Below are positions 17,560 through 26,603 of a DNA stretch of 64,000 nt, piece by piece. The position numbers and the translations under genes are program-made. The notes beneath the pieces are model-generated. The model saw nothing but the letters and a program-made list of their open reading frames with translations. It had not been told where the DNA came from and ran no database searches. The DNA is taken from NCBI GenBank assembly GCA_003140095.1, contig PLIU01000157.1, positions 971-64,970 on the forward strand, in the 5' to 3' direction. How positions within the stretch are numbered: position 1 is the stretch's first letter; every line of letters begins with the position of its first letter. Source of the stretch: Verrucomicrobiales bacterium (lineage in GTDB: Bacteria > Verrucomicrobiota > Verrucomicrobiia > Limisphaerales > Palsa-1400).

Positions 17560-18635
17560 TCAAGGCGGCGCTTATTGGCTGTGGCATGGTCGCCGACCAG
17601 CACACGTCCCAAATCCAGCGGGTTCCAGGCGCTCAGATCGTTGGAGTCTGCGACGCCGAGCCTCTGATGGCGCGGCAACTAGCCGATCGGTTCCATGTGC
17701 CAAACTGTTTTTCGGATGTCTCCGAAATGTTAAAACAGACCCGGCCGGACGTCGTGCATATCGCGACGCCGGCGCAAACGCATTTTCCGCTTGGAAAACT
17801 TTGCCTGGAAGCCGGGTGCCATGTTTACATGGAGAAACCGTTCACCGTTACCGCCCGGCAGGCCGAAGAACTGCTGGGCCTGGCGGAAAGCAAAGGCCTG
17901 AACATGACCGTCGGCCATAATCTCCAGTTCAATCCCGAGGCGATGCGCATGCGTGAGCTGGTCAAGAGCGGATTTCTGGGCGGCCCGCCCGCACATATCG
18001 AATGCGTGCAATGCTTCAGCCACGACGATCCCACCTATGGCAAGGCGCTTTTGGGAGACCGCACGCATTGGATCCGATCCCTGCCCGGATCTCTGCTGCA
18101 GAACCTCATCAGCCACGGCTTGGCCAAAATCGCCGAATTCCTGCCCGCCGACCGACCCACCGTCATCGCCCACGCCTACTCCAGTCCTTATCTCAAAAGC
18201 CTGGGCCAGACGGATGTGGTGGATGAGTTGCGGGCGATCATCTATTGCGGCGACCAGACCACCGCCTACTTCACGTTTTCGACTCAACTTGGCGCCGGTA
18301 ACAATCAAATTTGGCTTTATGGCAAGAAAGCGTCGCTCCTGGCTGATAGCACCAATCGCATTCTGGTTCCCATCCTGCAGAACGGCTACAAAAGCTATCT
18401 GCGGTTTTTTCTCACGCCTCTGATTTATGCCAGACAGTACCGCCGCAACTCATGGCATAATATCAAAAGTTTTCTGAAAAAGGACTTTCACATGGACTAC
18501 AGCATGAAGATGCTCATTCAATCCTTTTATCAGTCGATCCAGGATAAAACGCCACCGCCGATCCCCTATCGAGAAATCCTGACCACGGCCTGGATGATGG
18601 ATGACATATTCGCCCAAATCGGTAAAACCTCCTGA
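17556..18635 (+). CDS. Gfo/Idh/MocA-family oxidoreductase
   Basis: Starts at ATG 17556 (ATGA overlap with the previous stop). MIKAALIGCGMVADQHTSQIQRVPGAQIVGVCD, ...YMEKPFT... Confidence 0.8.
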   Translation: MIKAALIGCGMVADQHTSQIQRVPGAQIVGVCDAEPLMARQLADRFHVPNCFSDVSEMLKQTRPDVVHIATPAQTHFPLGKLCLEAGCHVYMEKPFTVTARQAEELLGLAESKGLNMTVGHNLQFNPEAMRMRELVKSGFLGGPPAHIECVQCFSHDDPTYGKALLGDRTHWIRSLPGSLLQNLISHGLAKIAEFLPADRPTVIAHAYSSPYLKSLGQTDVVDELRAIIYCGDQTTAYFTFSTQLGAGNNQIWLYGKKASLLADSTNRILVPILQNGYKSYLRFFLTPLIYARQYRRNSWHNIKSFLKKDFHMDYSMKMLIQSFYQSIQDKTPPPIPYREILTTAWMMDDIFAQIGKTS

Positions 18636-18651
18636 CACTGCGCGCCTGCCA

Positions 18652-19779
18652 ATGCCGCTCACGATTCATACAGACTGCCGCTACTACAAAGGGAGCATGC
18701 CGTGTGTCTTCCACAAAAAGGAGGGCCGGCTCTGTGACAACTGCGCGGACTACGATCCCATTCGCACCAGGATTCTGATTGTCAAACTCGCCGCTATCGG
18801 AGATGTACTCCGCACCACCAGCATCCTGCCGCCGCTGAGAGCGAAGCATCCCGGCGCCGAGGTGACCTGGATCACCAAAGCCGCCGCCGCGCCCTTGCTC
18901 AAGAATAATCCTTGGGTGGATCGCGTCCTGACCGTCGAGGAGGATTACCTGGCCTACCTCAAAAACGAATCGTTCTCGGTCGGGATTTGCCTGGATGCGG
19001 ACCAGCAAAGCGCCACCATCCACAGCGTCGCGCAATGCGCCGTGCGGCTCGGATTTGTGGCGGATGCGGCGGGCAAGGTTCAACCCGCCAACGACGCGGC
19101 CAGGGAATGGTGGCTCATGGGTGTCAACGACAGCCTGAAAAAGCAAAACCGCAAGACCTATCAGCAGATCATGTATGAGATTTGTGGTCTTCCGCTGCCC
19201 ACCGTCCCGCCCAGCCTGCATCTGAACGATAACCACCAATCATTCGTCCACGATCTGCGGCAACGATCCTCGTTGCGAAACGCGACCCGCATTCTCGGCG
19301 TCAACACCGGGGGCGGCGGCCGATGGCAGTTCAAAAAATGGACGCTGGAAGGGTATATCCATTGTATTGACCTCATCAAGGCGCAACACCCCGAAGTGGG
19401 CATCCTCCTACTGGGGGGGCCTGAAGAGGTGGAGCTGAACCAACGCATCCTCAAGGCCGTGGACGGGAAAGTGGTCGATGGCGGCTGCCACAATTCTCTG
19501 CTGCAATTTGCGGCGCTGGTGCAGGCGGTGGATGTGCTTCTGACTTCGGACAGTCTGGCGATGCATATTGGCGTGGCTCTGGCAAAACCGACCGTGGTCC
19601 TGGTCGGCCCAACCTCTCCGTGGGAACTGGATGTCTTTGGCCATGGCGGCATTCTTGACAGCGGGATCGAATGTCTGGCCTGCTATTTGTCGCGTTGCGA
19701 CAAGAAGGTCAATTGCATGAACACATTATCACCGGCGTACGTGGTCGCGAAACTCAACGAATTCCTCCCGCAGCCATGA
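18652..19779 (+). CDS. GT9-family glycosyltransferase (heptosyltransferase-like) with an N-terminal four-Cys segment
   Basis: ILIVKLAAIGDVLRTTSILPPLRAKHPGAEVTWIT...PWVDRV; GVNTGGGGRWQFKKW; LTSDSLAMHIGVALAKPTVVLVGPTSP. N-terminus CRYYKGSMPCVFHKKEGRLCDNC. ATG 18652 was chosen because it lies after the previous stop. Confidence 0.8.
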   Translation: MPLTIHTDCRYYKGSMPCVFHKKEGRLCDNCADYDPIRTRILIVKLAAIGDVLRTTSILPPLRAKHPGAEVTWITKAAAAPLLKNNPWVDRVLTVEEDYLAYLKNESFSVGICLDADQQSATIHSVAQCAVRLGFVADAAGKVQPANDAAREWWLMGVNDSLKKQNRKTYQQIMYEICGLPLPTVPPSLHLNDNHQSFVHDLRQRSSLRNATRILGVNTGGGGRWQFKKWTLEGYIHCIDLIKAQHPEVGILLLGGPEEVELNQRILKAVDGKVVDGGCHNSLLQFAALVQAVDVLLTSDSLAMHIGVALAKPTVVLVGPTSPWELDVFGHGGILDSGIECLACYLSRCDKKVNCMNTLSPAYVVAKLNEFLPQP

Positions 19780-21029
19780 AAATACTCATGCTCTTTCCCT
19801 ACGCGCCGCTCCCGCCGCCGCTTGATTTGGGGGGGACCAAGCGCAATTTGCCGTTCCTGCTGGAGCTGGCGAAATACCACGACGTCTCCGTTCTGGCTTA
19901 CGGCACGCGGGAACAGGAGCAACTTTTCCGGAAGAGTTACGGCGGTCTTTGCGAGGAGGTGCGCTTTGTCAACCGCCGCCGCCCGCGCCTCTTGAACGCC
20001 CTGCAAATGTTCTGGCTGCTTGGCACCGGACGCAGTTCATTCCGCATGTTGTACCGGCCTGTCATGCAGCAGGCCATCAACCAGATGGTTGCCAAGGGAC
20101 GGTTTGATCTCATTCACTGCTGCGTGCAAATGTTCGGCTACTTCAGGTTCCCGGCCAATCTTCCGGTCACCAGTGACACCCACGAGGTCACTTACGATCT
20201 TTTGCGCCGCACGGCTGAAAACACGCGCAGTCTTTTGCGGAAAATGTGGCTTTCGTTGCAGTGGAAATTCGGGAAGCGCGAGGAGATCGCGCTTTGCCGC
20301 AAATTTGATTTGCTGCTTACGACCACGGAACGGGACTGTCAGGTCTTCAGAAAAGATCTGCCGAACCAAAACATGGCCGTCGTCCAAAACGGCGCGGGGA
20401 ACAGCTTTTTCGAGGACTTGGGCCTCGAGCAGGAGCTGTGCGCCATGGTGTTCACCGGTCTTTTCTCCCATCTGCCCAATAGCGACGGGATCATTCATTT
20501 TCTTGACCATATATTCCCCTTGATCCTTGGTCTGGAATCCCAAGCCCGAATTTATGTCGTGGGCAAGAGTCCAACCCGGCAACTGCGGGCGCGCGCGTCT
20601 GAGAACGTCATTGTCACCGGATTTGTGGAGGATGTCCGACCCTACATGGCCCGCGCCCAAGTCTTTGTCATACCGCTTTTGGCCGGCGGCGGCATTCGTG
20701 GCAAAGCCCTCGAAGCCATGGCTATGAAGAGGCCGATTGTCACCACGACCATTGGAGTCGAAGGCATTCATCTCCGCCACGAGCACTCGGCTTTGTTGGC
20801 CGACACGCCCGACGCCTTCGCCAAGGCGGTAGTAAGGATGTTTCGCGACCGCGGGCTGCGGGAACGACTGGCCGAGAACGCGTTCGCGACTGTGCAGCGC
20901 TCTTACAATTGGGAAGCCAAGGGAAAGGAACTCGACGGACTGCTTCGATCTGTCGTCGAAGCCCGCGCGCAAAAGACAAGCCCGAACCTCTCCCCTGCGG
21001 CCAGCCTGGCGCCGCCCGCAGCCGTGTGA
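19776..21029 (+). CDS. GT4-family glycosyltransferase
   Basis: ATG 19776 (ATGA overlap). MKILMLFPYAPLPPPLDLGGTKRN...; C-terminal GGGIRGKALEAMAMKRPIVTTTIGVEGI (E-x7-E). Confidence 0.85.
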   Translation: MKILMLFPYAPLPPPLDLGGTKRNLPFLLELAKYHDVSVLAYGTREQEQLFRKSYGGLCEEVRFVNRRRPRLLNALQMFWLLGTGRSSFRMLYRPVMQQAINQMVAKGRFDLIHCCVQMFGYFRFPANLPVTSDTHEVTYDLLRRTAENTRSLLRKMWLSLQWKFGKREEIALCRKFDLLLTTTERDCQVFRKDLPNQNMAVVQNGAGNSFFEDLGLEQELCAMVFTGLFSHLPNSDGIIHFLDHIFPLILGLESQARIYVVGKSPTRQLRARASENVIVTGFVEDVRPYMARAQVFVIPLLAGGGIRGKALEAMAMKRPIVTTTIGVEGIHLRHEHSALLADTPDAFAKAVVRMFRDRGLRERLAENAFATVQRSYNWEAKGKELDGLLRSVVEARAQKTSPNLSPAASLAPPAAV

Positions 21030-21087
21030 AGGGCCGGTTCGCGCAACAGCCAAAGCCGCTTGCCCTTGCCAGAACATTGATACGTTT

Positions 21088-22572
21088 ATGATTTCAGCCA
21101 TCGCTCTTATGGCATGCTTCATTTTCGCGGCCAAACTCTTGAAGATAGACCGCGCCGCCTCGCCGGGTTTGTCCAAAGCTCTTTGGGTCCCGACGGTGTG
21201 GTTCCTTTATTGTGCTTCGCGGCCATTGGACGAATGGTTCCTACCTGGGCAATACATGGCGGGTGGCGGGGGTGGTATTGAATCTGGCAGCGCGATGGAC
21301 CGATACTTTTTGATCGTTCTGCTGGTAATTGGCCTGGGAATTTTGCGCGGAAGAAGGATGAATTGGTCGCAGGCCATGAAGAACAACTTCTGGCTGTTTG
21401 CCCTCCTGTCTTTTATGTTAATTAGCATTTTTTGGTCGGATTTCCCATTCGTCTCCCTAAAACGATGGGTCAGGACGGCTGGTACGGCAATCATGGCCCT
21501 GGTCGTGCTCAGCGAGGCGAAGCCTTATGAAGCCATACACGCCCTTCTTAGAAGAACGATGTATCTCGTGATTCCATTTTCCGTGGTGTTGGTGAAATAT
21601 TACCCCCGGCTCGGCGTTAGTTTTGGCCGCTGGAGCGGACAGCCACTGTACACAGGCGTCACAAACAACAAGAACACTTTGGGTGAAGTGTGTGCGCTCT
21701 TCATATTTCTTTGCATTTGGGTTCGGGTCGCCAGACGGGACAATAAAAACGGTGCCCAGGCAGTCAGGGGGCAGAACGCATGTGAATTGATCCTCATGGT
21801 TATGACTCTTTACCTGATGAAAGGCCCTTCCGGTTACGGTGCCAAGGCCGCCACCTATAGCGCCACTTCTATTGCAGTGCTCGTCATCGGACTCGGCCTC
21901 TTCTTCCTTATGCGGCGATTCAGGAGCCGCCTGGCGCAGCTGGGCGGGCGGGTGGCGTTTGTTTTGGTTGTGGGTGGCTTGGTGACGTTGACGATGTTTC
22001 TGATCGGCACTTCGCCAATGGCTGTGGGCGCTTGGATGATGGGGCGGGACGCCACCCTTACAGGAAGGTCAGACCAAATTTGGCCAGTGCTTGCTCCCAT
22101 TGCCTGGCAGAATCCCATTTTGGGGCTGGGTTACGGGGCGTTTTGGATCAAGCCGGTTCCCAATTTGACCCTAGACATCAATGAAGCCCATAATGGTTAC
22201 CTCGACGTATTCATCGAACTGGGCGCCGTTGGCATGATCCTGTTGGCCTTGGTGGTCTGGATGTACTTCCGAAAAGCCAAGAGTGAGCTTTGGGAAAACT
22301 TTCACTGGGCCGCCTTTCGGATGTCCTATTTGGTCATGTTTCTGCTCCATAATTGGACAGAAACCACTTTGCTGCGATCCCGGGAAATTCTGTGGAATCT
22401 TTTCGTTGTATTTGCCGTCGTTTATCCCAAAGAATGGACTGGCCATGTTGACGACGACCGCATCCCGGTGGAGGAGGAGCCTTTGGAGGTAGAGGGGACG
22501 CCCTCGAAGGCGGAGGCTGTCGTAGCGCCTCCGATGGTGCTTGACGACGGCACGGAAAATGCTCAAAAATAA
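21088..22572 (+). CDS. O-antigen ligase/polymerase-family membrane protein (Wzy_C domain; Wzy, WaaL-like or exosortase-associated O-glycosylation ligase)
   Basis: 494 aa with at least 10 hydrophobic segments. Periplasmic loop motif ...INEAHNGYLDVFIELGAVGMILL... Confidence 0.8.
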   Translation: MISAIALMACFIFAAKLLKIDRAASPGLSKALWVPTVWFLYCASRPLDEWFLPGQYMAGGGGGIESGSAMDRYFLIVLLVIGLGILRGRRMNWSQAMKNNFWLFALLSFMLISIFWSDFPFVSLKRWVRTAGTAIMALVVLSEAKPYEAIHALLRRTMYLVIPFSVVLVKYYPRLGVSFGRWSGQPLYTGVTNNKNTLGEVCALFIFLCIWVRVARRDNKNGAQAVRGQNACELILMVMTLYLMKGPSGYGAKAATYSATSIAVLVIGLGLFFLMRRFRSRLAQLGGRVAFVLVVGGLVTLTMFLIGTSPMAVGAWMMGRDATLTGRSDQIWPVLAPIAWQNPILGLGYGAFWIKPVPNLTLDINEAHNGYLDVFIELGAVGMILLALVVWMYFRKAKSELWENFHWAAFRMSYLVMFLLHNWTETTLLRSREILWNLFVVFAVVYPKEWTGHVDDDRIPVEEEPLEVEGTPSKAEAVVAPPMVLDDGTENAQK

Positions 22573-22576
22573 GCGT

Positions 22577-24364
22577 ATGAATCATACGGAGATGAATTTA
22601 GAATCCGAAAACCCTCCATACCGGTTGCAAGCCTTCTTGCCACGGGGCAACGCGGTTGGCGCCCTGGTCTTGGCCGTGTTGTTGGCAGCCATGTTTCTCG
22701 CAACCTGCCCGGCGAATGCGACCGTCTCGTCGAATGGGATCGCCTATTACATTGACGTGACGAACGGCAACAATTCATGGAGCGGGACTTCTCCTACTTT
22801 TACGGGCGGCAGAACAGGACCTTGGGCTAATCCCCAGCCCATCAATTACGGAGGTTCCTGCTATCCCGTTGCCGCTGGCACAACGATTTACTTTTTGCCA
22901 GGCGTGATTCAAACCCAGGATGCAGCTTTTGAAAGCACCTCCCTCAATCTGGTTAATGCTTACGGCACCTCGAATGCCCCGATCGTTGTTGCGCCTTATA
23001 ATGGCGCGACAGTCATCTTCACCAACAGCGGCCCGAACAATAACCAGCTTAACATGGACGCCTGCGCTTGGGTCAAAATATACGGTTTGCAGTTTACGAA
23101 CGGTCATCGGACTCCTATCCTGCAAAACTGCACCAATTGTGAGATTGTTTCTAATTTCTTTGGTCAGACCATTGATACCAGCGGCCTTGGGCCATTGACC
23201 GGGCCGTTCACTGTCTATAACAACTGCGTTTCTAACTGGATTCACAATAATGTTTCCGGGCCTTCGGTGGTGTTCTGGAATTCTAATGGTGACGCCGGAG
23301 AGCACGGTGCCGTTTTGGGCACTTACTTTTCGAGCCAGGACAACAGCTACGGTAACATCATTGAGAGCAACACCTTCTTTGGCGGCGGCCACGACACCCT
23401 CGCGGTTTATGGGCAAAGCAATCTGGTTCAGTATAACTTGACCTATAGTGTGCCTCAGTGGTCATTCTCGCAGATAGGCTATCTTTTTGGTTCTCGTGGA
23501 TTTGATATTGGCGGGGGGAACGGCGTCGGAAACATCGTCCAGTATAATGACGTGGATTACTGCGGACAAGACTGCGACCAACCCGGTGCTATCACCATAG
23601 ACAACGGCGGTTTGACGCTTCTAAGATTCAACCGCATTGCAGGCGCGGCGGGAAACGCCATTCAGGTTTATGGCAAGGGCGGCACAGGGCCTGCCGGCTC
23701 GAATTACATCCTGAACAACTCAGCCATGCTGAACAGTTATAATGTTTCGTGGACGACGAGTGGTGCCCTGACAAACATCTCCTACCCGACGTGGCAGCAT
23801 CCTATTGGATTCGCCTCCACGAGCAACAACATGGTAGTTAACAACCTGCTCTACTGGAACTTCGTCAATACCTGGACCTTTAATGAAGGCGCGTCTGTTG
23901 ACGTGCAAGTCTGTCTGAATAACCTGACGAACGTTGACCCACTTTTTACGGACACGAATAGTTCACTCTATGTATTGCATGCGGCTCCGCCATTCACTCC
24001 GCCTGACTTTCACCTCTTGCCAGGAAGCCCAGCCATCGCCGCTGGAACCTGGCCCACGGCCATAACTAGCGCTTCGGGCAGTGGCACCTCTTTCACTGTC
24101 AGCGACTCGCACTGGTTTTTTGCGGGACAATCAGCGGCTTGGCGCACCGTCTTTGGCGACACCATTCAATTACAAGGGCAAACAGTCACAGCGGTCATAA
24201 CTTCTATTTCCGGCAACACGATTACCGTGGCCACTCCCTTGAGCTGGACCAACGGGCAGGGAGTCGCCATGGCTTACCCTGGAAGCGCACCGGATGTCGG
24301 AGCTTTCGAGTACTACCCGTTGGCCGCGCCAACCGATTTACGAATCATTTCGGGAGGCCCTTAA
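22577..24364 (+). CDS. Secreted or membrane-anchored right-handed parallel beta-helix protein (pectate-lyase-fold; putative glycan lyase/epimerase/hydrolase)
   Basis: N-terminal anchor AVGALVLAVLLAAMFLATCPANA. Repeated ~22-aa N/G-rich coils (NCTNCEIVSNFF, VYNNCVSNWIHNN, NIIESNTFFGGGHD, NIVQYNDVDYCG, LRFNRIAGAAGNAIQV). ATG 22577 is the first start after the previous stop. Confidence 0.7.
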   Translation: MNHTEMNLESENPPYRLQAFLPRGNAVGALVLAVLLAAMFLATCPANATVSSNGIAYYIDVTNGNNSWSGTSPTFTGGRTGPWANPQPINYGGSCYPVAAGTTIYFLPGVIQTQDAAFESTSLNLVNAYGTSNAPIVVAPYNGATVIFTNSGPNNNQLNMDACAWVKIYGLQFTNGHRTPILQNCTNCEIVSNFFGQTIDTSGLGPLTGPFTVYNNCVSNWIHNNVSGPSVVFWNSNGDAGEHGAVLGTYFSSQDNSYGNIIESNTFFGGGHDTLAVYGQSNLVQYNLTYSVPQWSFSQIGYLFGSRGFDIGGGNGVGNIVQYNDVDYCGQDCDQPGAITIDNGGLTLLRFNRIAGAAGNAIQVYGKGGTGPAGSNYILNNSAMLNSYNVSWTTSGALTNISYPTWQHPIGFASTSNNMVVNNLLYWNFVNTWTFNEGASVDVQVCLNNLTNVDPLFTDTNSSLYVLHAAPPFTPPDFHLLPGSPAIAAGTWPTAITSASGSGTSFTVSDSHWFFAGQSAAWRTVFGDTIQLQGQTVTAVITSISGNTITVATPLSWTNGQGVAMAYPGSAPDVGAFEYYPLAAPTDLRIISGGP

Positions 24365-24452
24365 CATTCTGCGGTCGAAAGCAAGCCTCGGAACATCTGG
24401 GGCCAGGGATCGGATAACACGCCAAATCAATCTGGGAAGTCCTTCCTTTCGC

Positions 24453-25403
24453 ATGACGCGGAATAATGCGTCGAAGCACATGGTGAAATACGTCTCAACG
24501 GCGGTTGCTCTCAAATGTTTCTCCAGTGGTCCCTTGATGCGCTCTCTTTACAGGCATCTGGGCAATCGAGTCTCGAACAAGGCGAGGGCTACCGGGCCCA
24601 TGCCTGGTTATTACGCCCAACGACTGAAACGGCTGCTCCGTCTGCAAAGGCAGTACGGCATCGTCAGACCCGGCGATCGGATCATGGAGTTGGGGACGGG
24701 CTGGATGCATTGGGATGCGCTGATCTGGAGGTTGTTTTACGATGTGAGAGCGGTTTTGTTTGACGTATGGGATAACCGTCAGATGGGACGTTTGAAAAAT
24801 TATGTCCGACAGTTGAGGGCTATGTTGCATAATGGATTTGAACTGTCAGCGTCGGAGTTGAAACGCGCACAATCGCTCGCTGATGCGATTCTCAAGGTGG
24901 AGTCGTTTGAGGAAATGTACAAACTTTTGGATTTTCAATACGTCGTGGCGAGCTCGGGCAGCCTGGGCCAGTTCGCCGACAACTCGTTTCAACTCGTGGT
25001 CAGCGGCGGTGTGCTGGAGCACGTGCAAAGAGAGGCGCTTCCCGCGCTTGGCAGCGAAACGCAACGGATTTTGAAACCGGGCGGATGGGCGGTGCATAGC
25101 ATTGATACTACAGATCACCTGCAGCATTACGACCAAACAGCGTCGCCAAAAATATATCTTAGCTTTTCCGAAAGGACATGGAAGTACTTGTGTGAGAATC
25201 AGGTGCAATACATCAACCGCTTCCAGCGAGGCGAGTGGCTGGAGCTTTTCAAATCCAGCGGCTTTGAACTGGAGGACGAGGAAGTTTTTCGGGTAGACAT
25301 CAGCGGCCTCCGGCTGGCGGAGCGGTACGTTCACATGGATAAGGGCGACCTCGAATGCACCACGCTCAATTTGGCCTTAAAAAAAGCAAGTTCAGCACAG
25401 TGA
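24453..25403 (+). CDS. Class I SAM-dependent methyltransferase
   Basis: The start is set at ATG 24453 (after the previous stop at 24364). IMELGTGWM (motif I-like), VVSGGVLEHV, ILKPGGWAVHSID. Confidence 0.65.
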   Translation: MTRNNASKHMVKYVSTAVALKCFSSGPLMRSLYRHLGNRVSNKARATGPMPGYYAQRLKRLLRLQRQYGIVRPGDRIMELGTGWMHWDALIWRLFYDVRAVLFDVWDNRQMGRLKNYVRQLRAMLHNGFELSASELKRAQSLADAILKVESFEEMYKLLDFQYVVASSGSLGQFADNSFQLVVSGGVLEHVQREALPALGSETQRILKPGGWAVHSIDTTDHLQHYDQTASPKIYLSFSERTWKYLCENQVQYINRFQRGEWLELFKSSGFELEDEEVFRVDISGLRLAERYVHMDKGDLECTTLNLALKKASSAQ

Positions 25404-25527
25404 CTGAACTGCTAGAAAAGAGTTGCGATACGCTGCGTTGCCTCGTGGCTCCCATTTCGCGATTTACAATCGGCAAAATTCCCCGTCACCGGATGGCACC
25501 GAAAATCAAAAGGCAAGAAGCTTCTAC

Positions 25528-26577
25528 ATGACGCACGTACATTTGGCCGTCGCGCGTGTCCGCGAATTACTCGGCGTGGCCGCCCGCAGGCGCATTGTCG
25601 TTTTGGGTGACGTGATGCTGGATCAGTTCTTGTGGGGCAATGTTCGCCGCATCTCCCCTGAAGCCCCGGTCCCGGTGGTGGAGTGGCAACGGGAAAGCTT
25701 TATCGCGGGCGGCGCCGCCAACGTCGCGCGCAATCTGGCCAGCCTTAAGGTGCCCACGGAACTGCTGGGCGTGGTTGGCCCAGACCACTCGGCGGACATG
25801 CTCAAGGATCTCTTGAAGCGCGATCGCATCAAATGTTCCGGCCTGATGACCATTGAAGGACGCATCACGAGCTTGAAGACGCGGATCGTGGCCCACCGCC
25901 AGCAGGTCGTGCGCGTGGATCGGGAAAGCCACTCTGAACTGGGGATGGACGTGACGCGGCGGCTGCTGCGCGCGCTGGAAAAGAAGCTGGACGGCACGGA
26001 CGCGGTGGTCATCGGAGATTATGCCAAGGGCGTTGTCACACAACCCTTGATCGAAGGCGTCCGGCGGCTTTGTCGCGATCGCGGCATATGGCTGAGCGTC
26101 GATCCCAAGCCGGCGCACCACCTCGATCTGACCGGTGTTTCCTTGCTCACGCCCAATCGAAAAGAGGCCTTTGAACTGGCCGGGATAGCTGAGGATACCC
26201 ACGCTGCGGCGCCGTTGCAGGACAGGTTGCTCCTGACCGTCGCCGATAAACTGCTCTCGCAACTTGCACCTGCGGTTCTGCTGATCACATTGGGCGAACA
26301 CGGCCTGCTCTTGTGTCGCCGCGGCCACGATCCCTTTCATATCCCGACGGTGGCGCGTGAAGTATTTGATGTTTCCGGGGCCGGGGATACGACTATTGCC
26401 TCTTTTACACTGGCCATCGTGGCCGGAGCTTCGCCTGTCGAAGCGGCGATTTTCTCCAATCACGCCGCCGGTGTGGTGGTGGGGAAACTGGGCACGGCGG
26501 CCGTGCAGCCGGAAGAGTTGATCGAAAACTTCCGGCAGGAGCAGGTTGAACCCGCGTCGGCGCGAGGGCGTTCCTGA
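25528..26577 (+). CDS. hldA: D-glycero-beta-D-manno-heptose-7-phosphate kinase (HldE domain I / RfaE1; PfkB family), kinase domain only
   Basis: RRIVVLGDVMLDQFLWGNVRRISPEAPVPVVEW...GGAANVARNLASL...LKTRIVA..QQVVRVD...VVIGDYAKGV...VDPK...LLTPNRKE...VFDVSGAGDTTIA...AAGVVVGKLGTAAV. This is colinear with my recollection of E. coli HldE residues 1-320. There is no cytidylyltransferase domain. Confidence 0.85.
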   Translation: MTHVHLAVARVRELLGVAARRRIVVLGDVMLDQFLWGNVRRISPEAPVPVVEWQRESFIAGGAANVARNLASLKVPTELLGVVGPDHSADMLKDLLKRDRIKCSGLMTIEGRITSLKTRIVAHRQQVVRVDRESHSELGMDVTRRLLRALEKKLDGTDAVVIGDYAKGVVTQPLIEGVRRLCRDRGIWLSVDPKPAHHLDLTGVSLLTPNRKEAFELAGIAEDTHAAAPLQDRLLLTVADKLLSQLAPAVLLITLGEHGLLLCRRGHDPFHIPTVAREVFDVSGAGDTTIASFTLAIVAGASPVEAAIFSNHAAGVVVGKLGTAAVQPEELIENFRQEQVEPASARGRS

Positions 26578-26603
26578 AAGGTTTGGATGACGATAAACAT
26601 GAA

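Noticed and set aside
21088-25403. Impression that the wzy / beta-helix / methyltransferase block is a low-GC, horizontally acquired serotype cassette.
   Set aside because: Hand counts of single 60-nt lines gave 45%, 47% and 58% inside the block, versus 47%, 55% and 70% outside. That is too noisy to claim. It needs a proper sliding-window GC and codon-usage computation.
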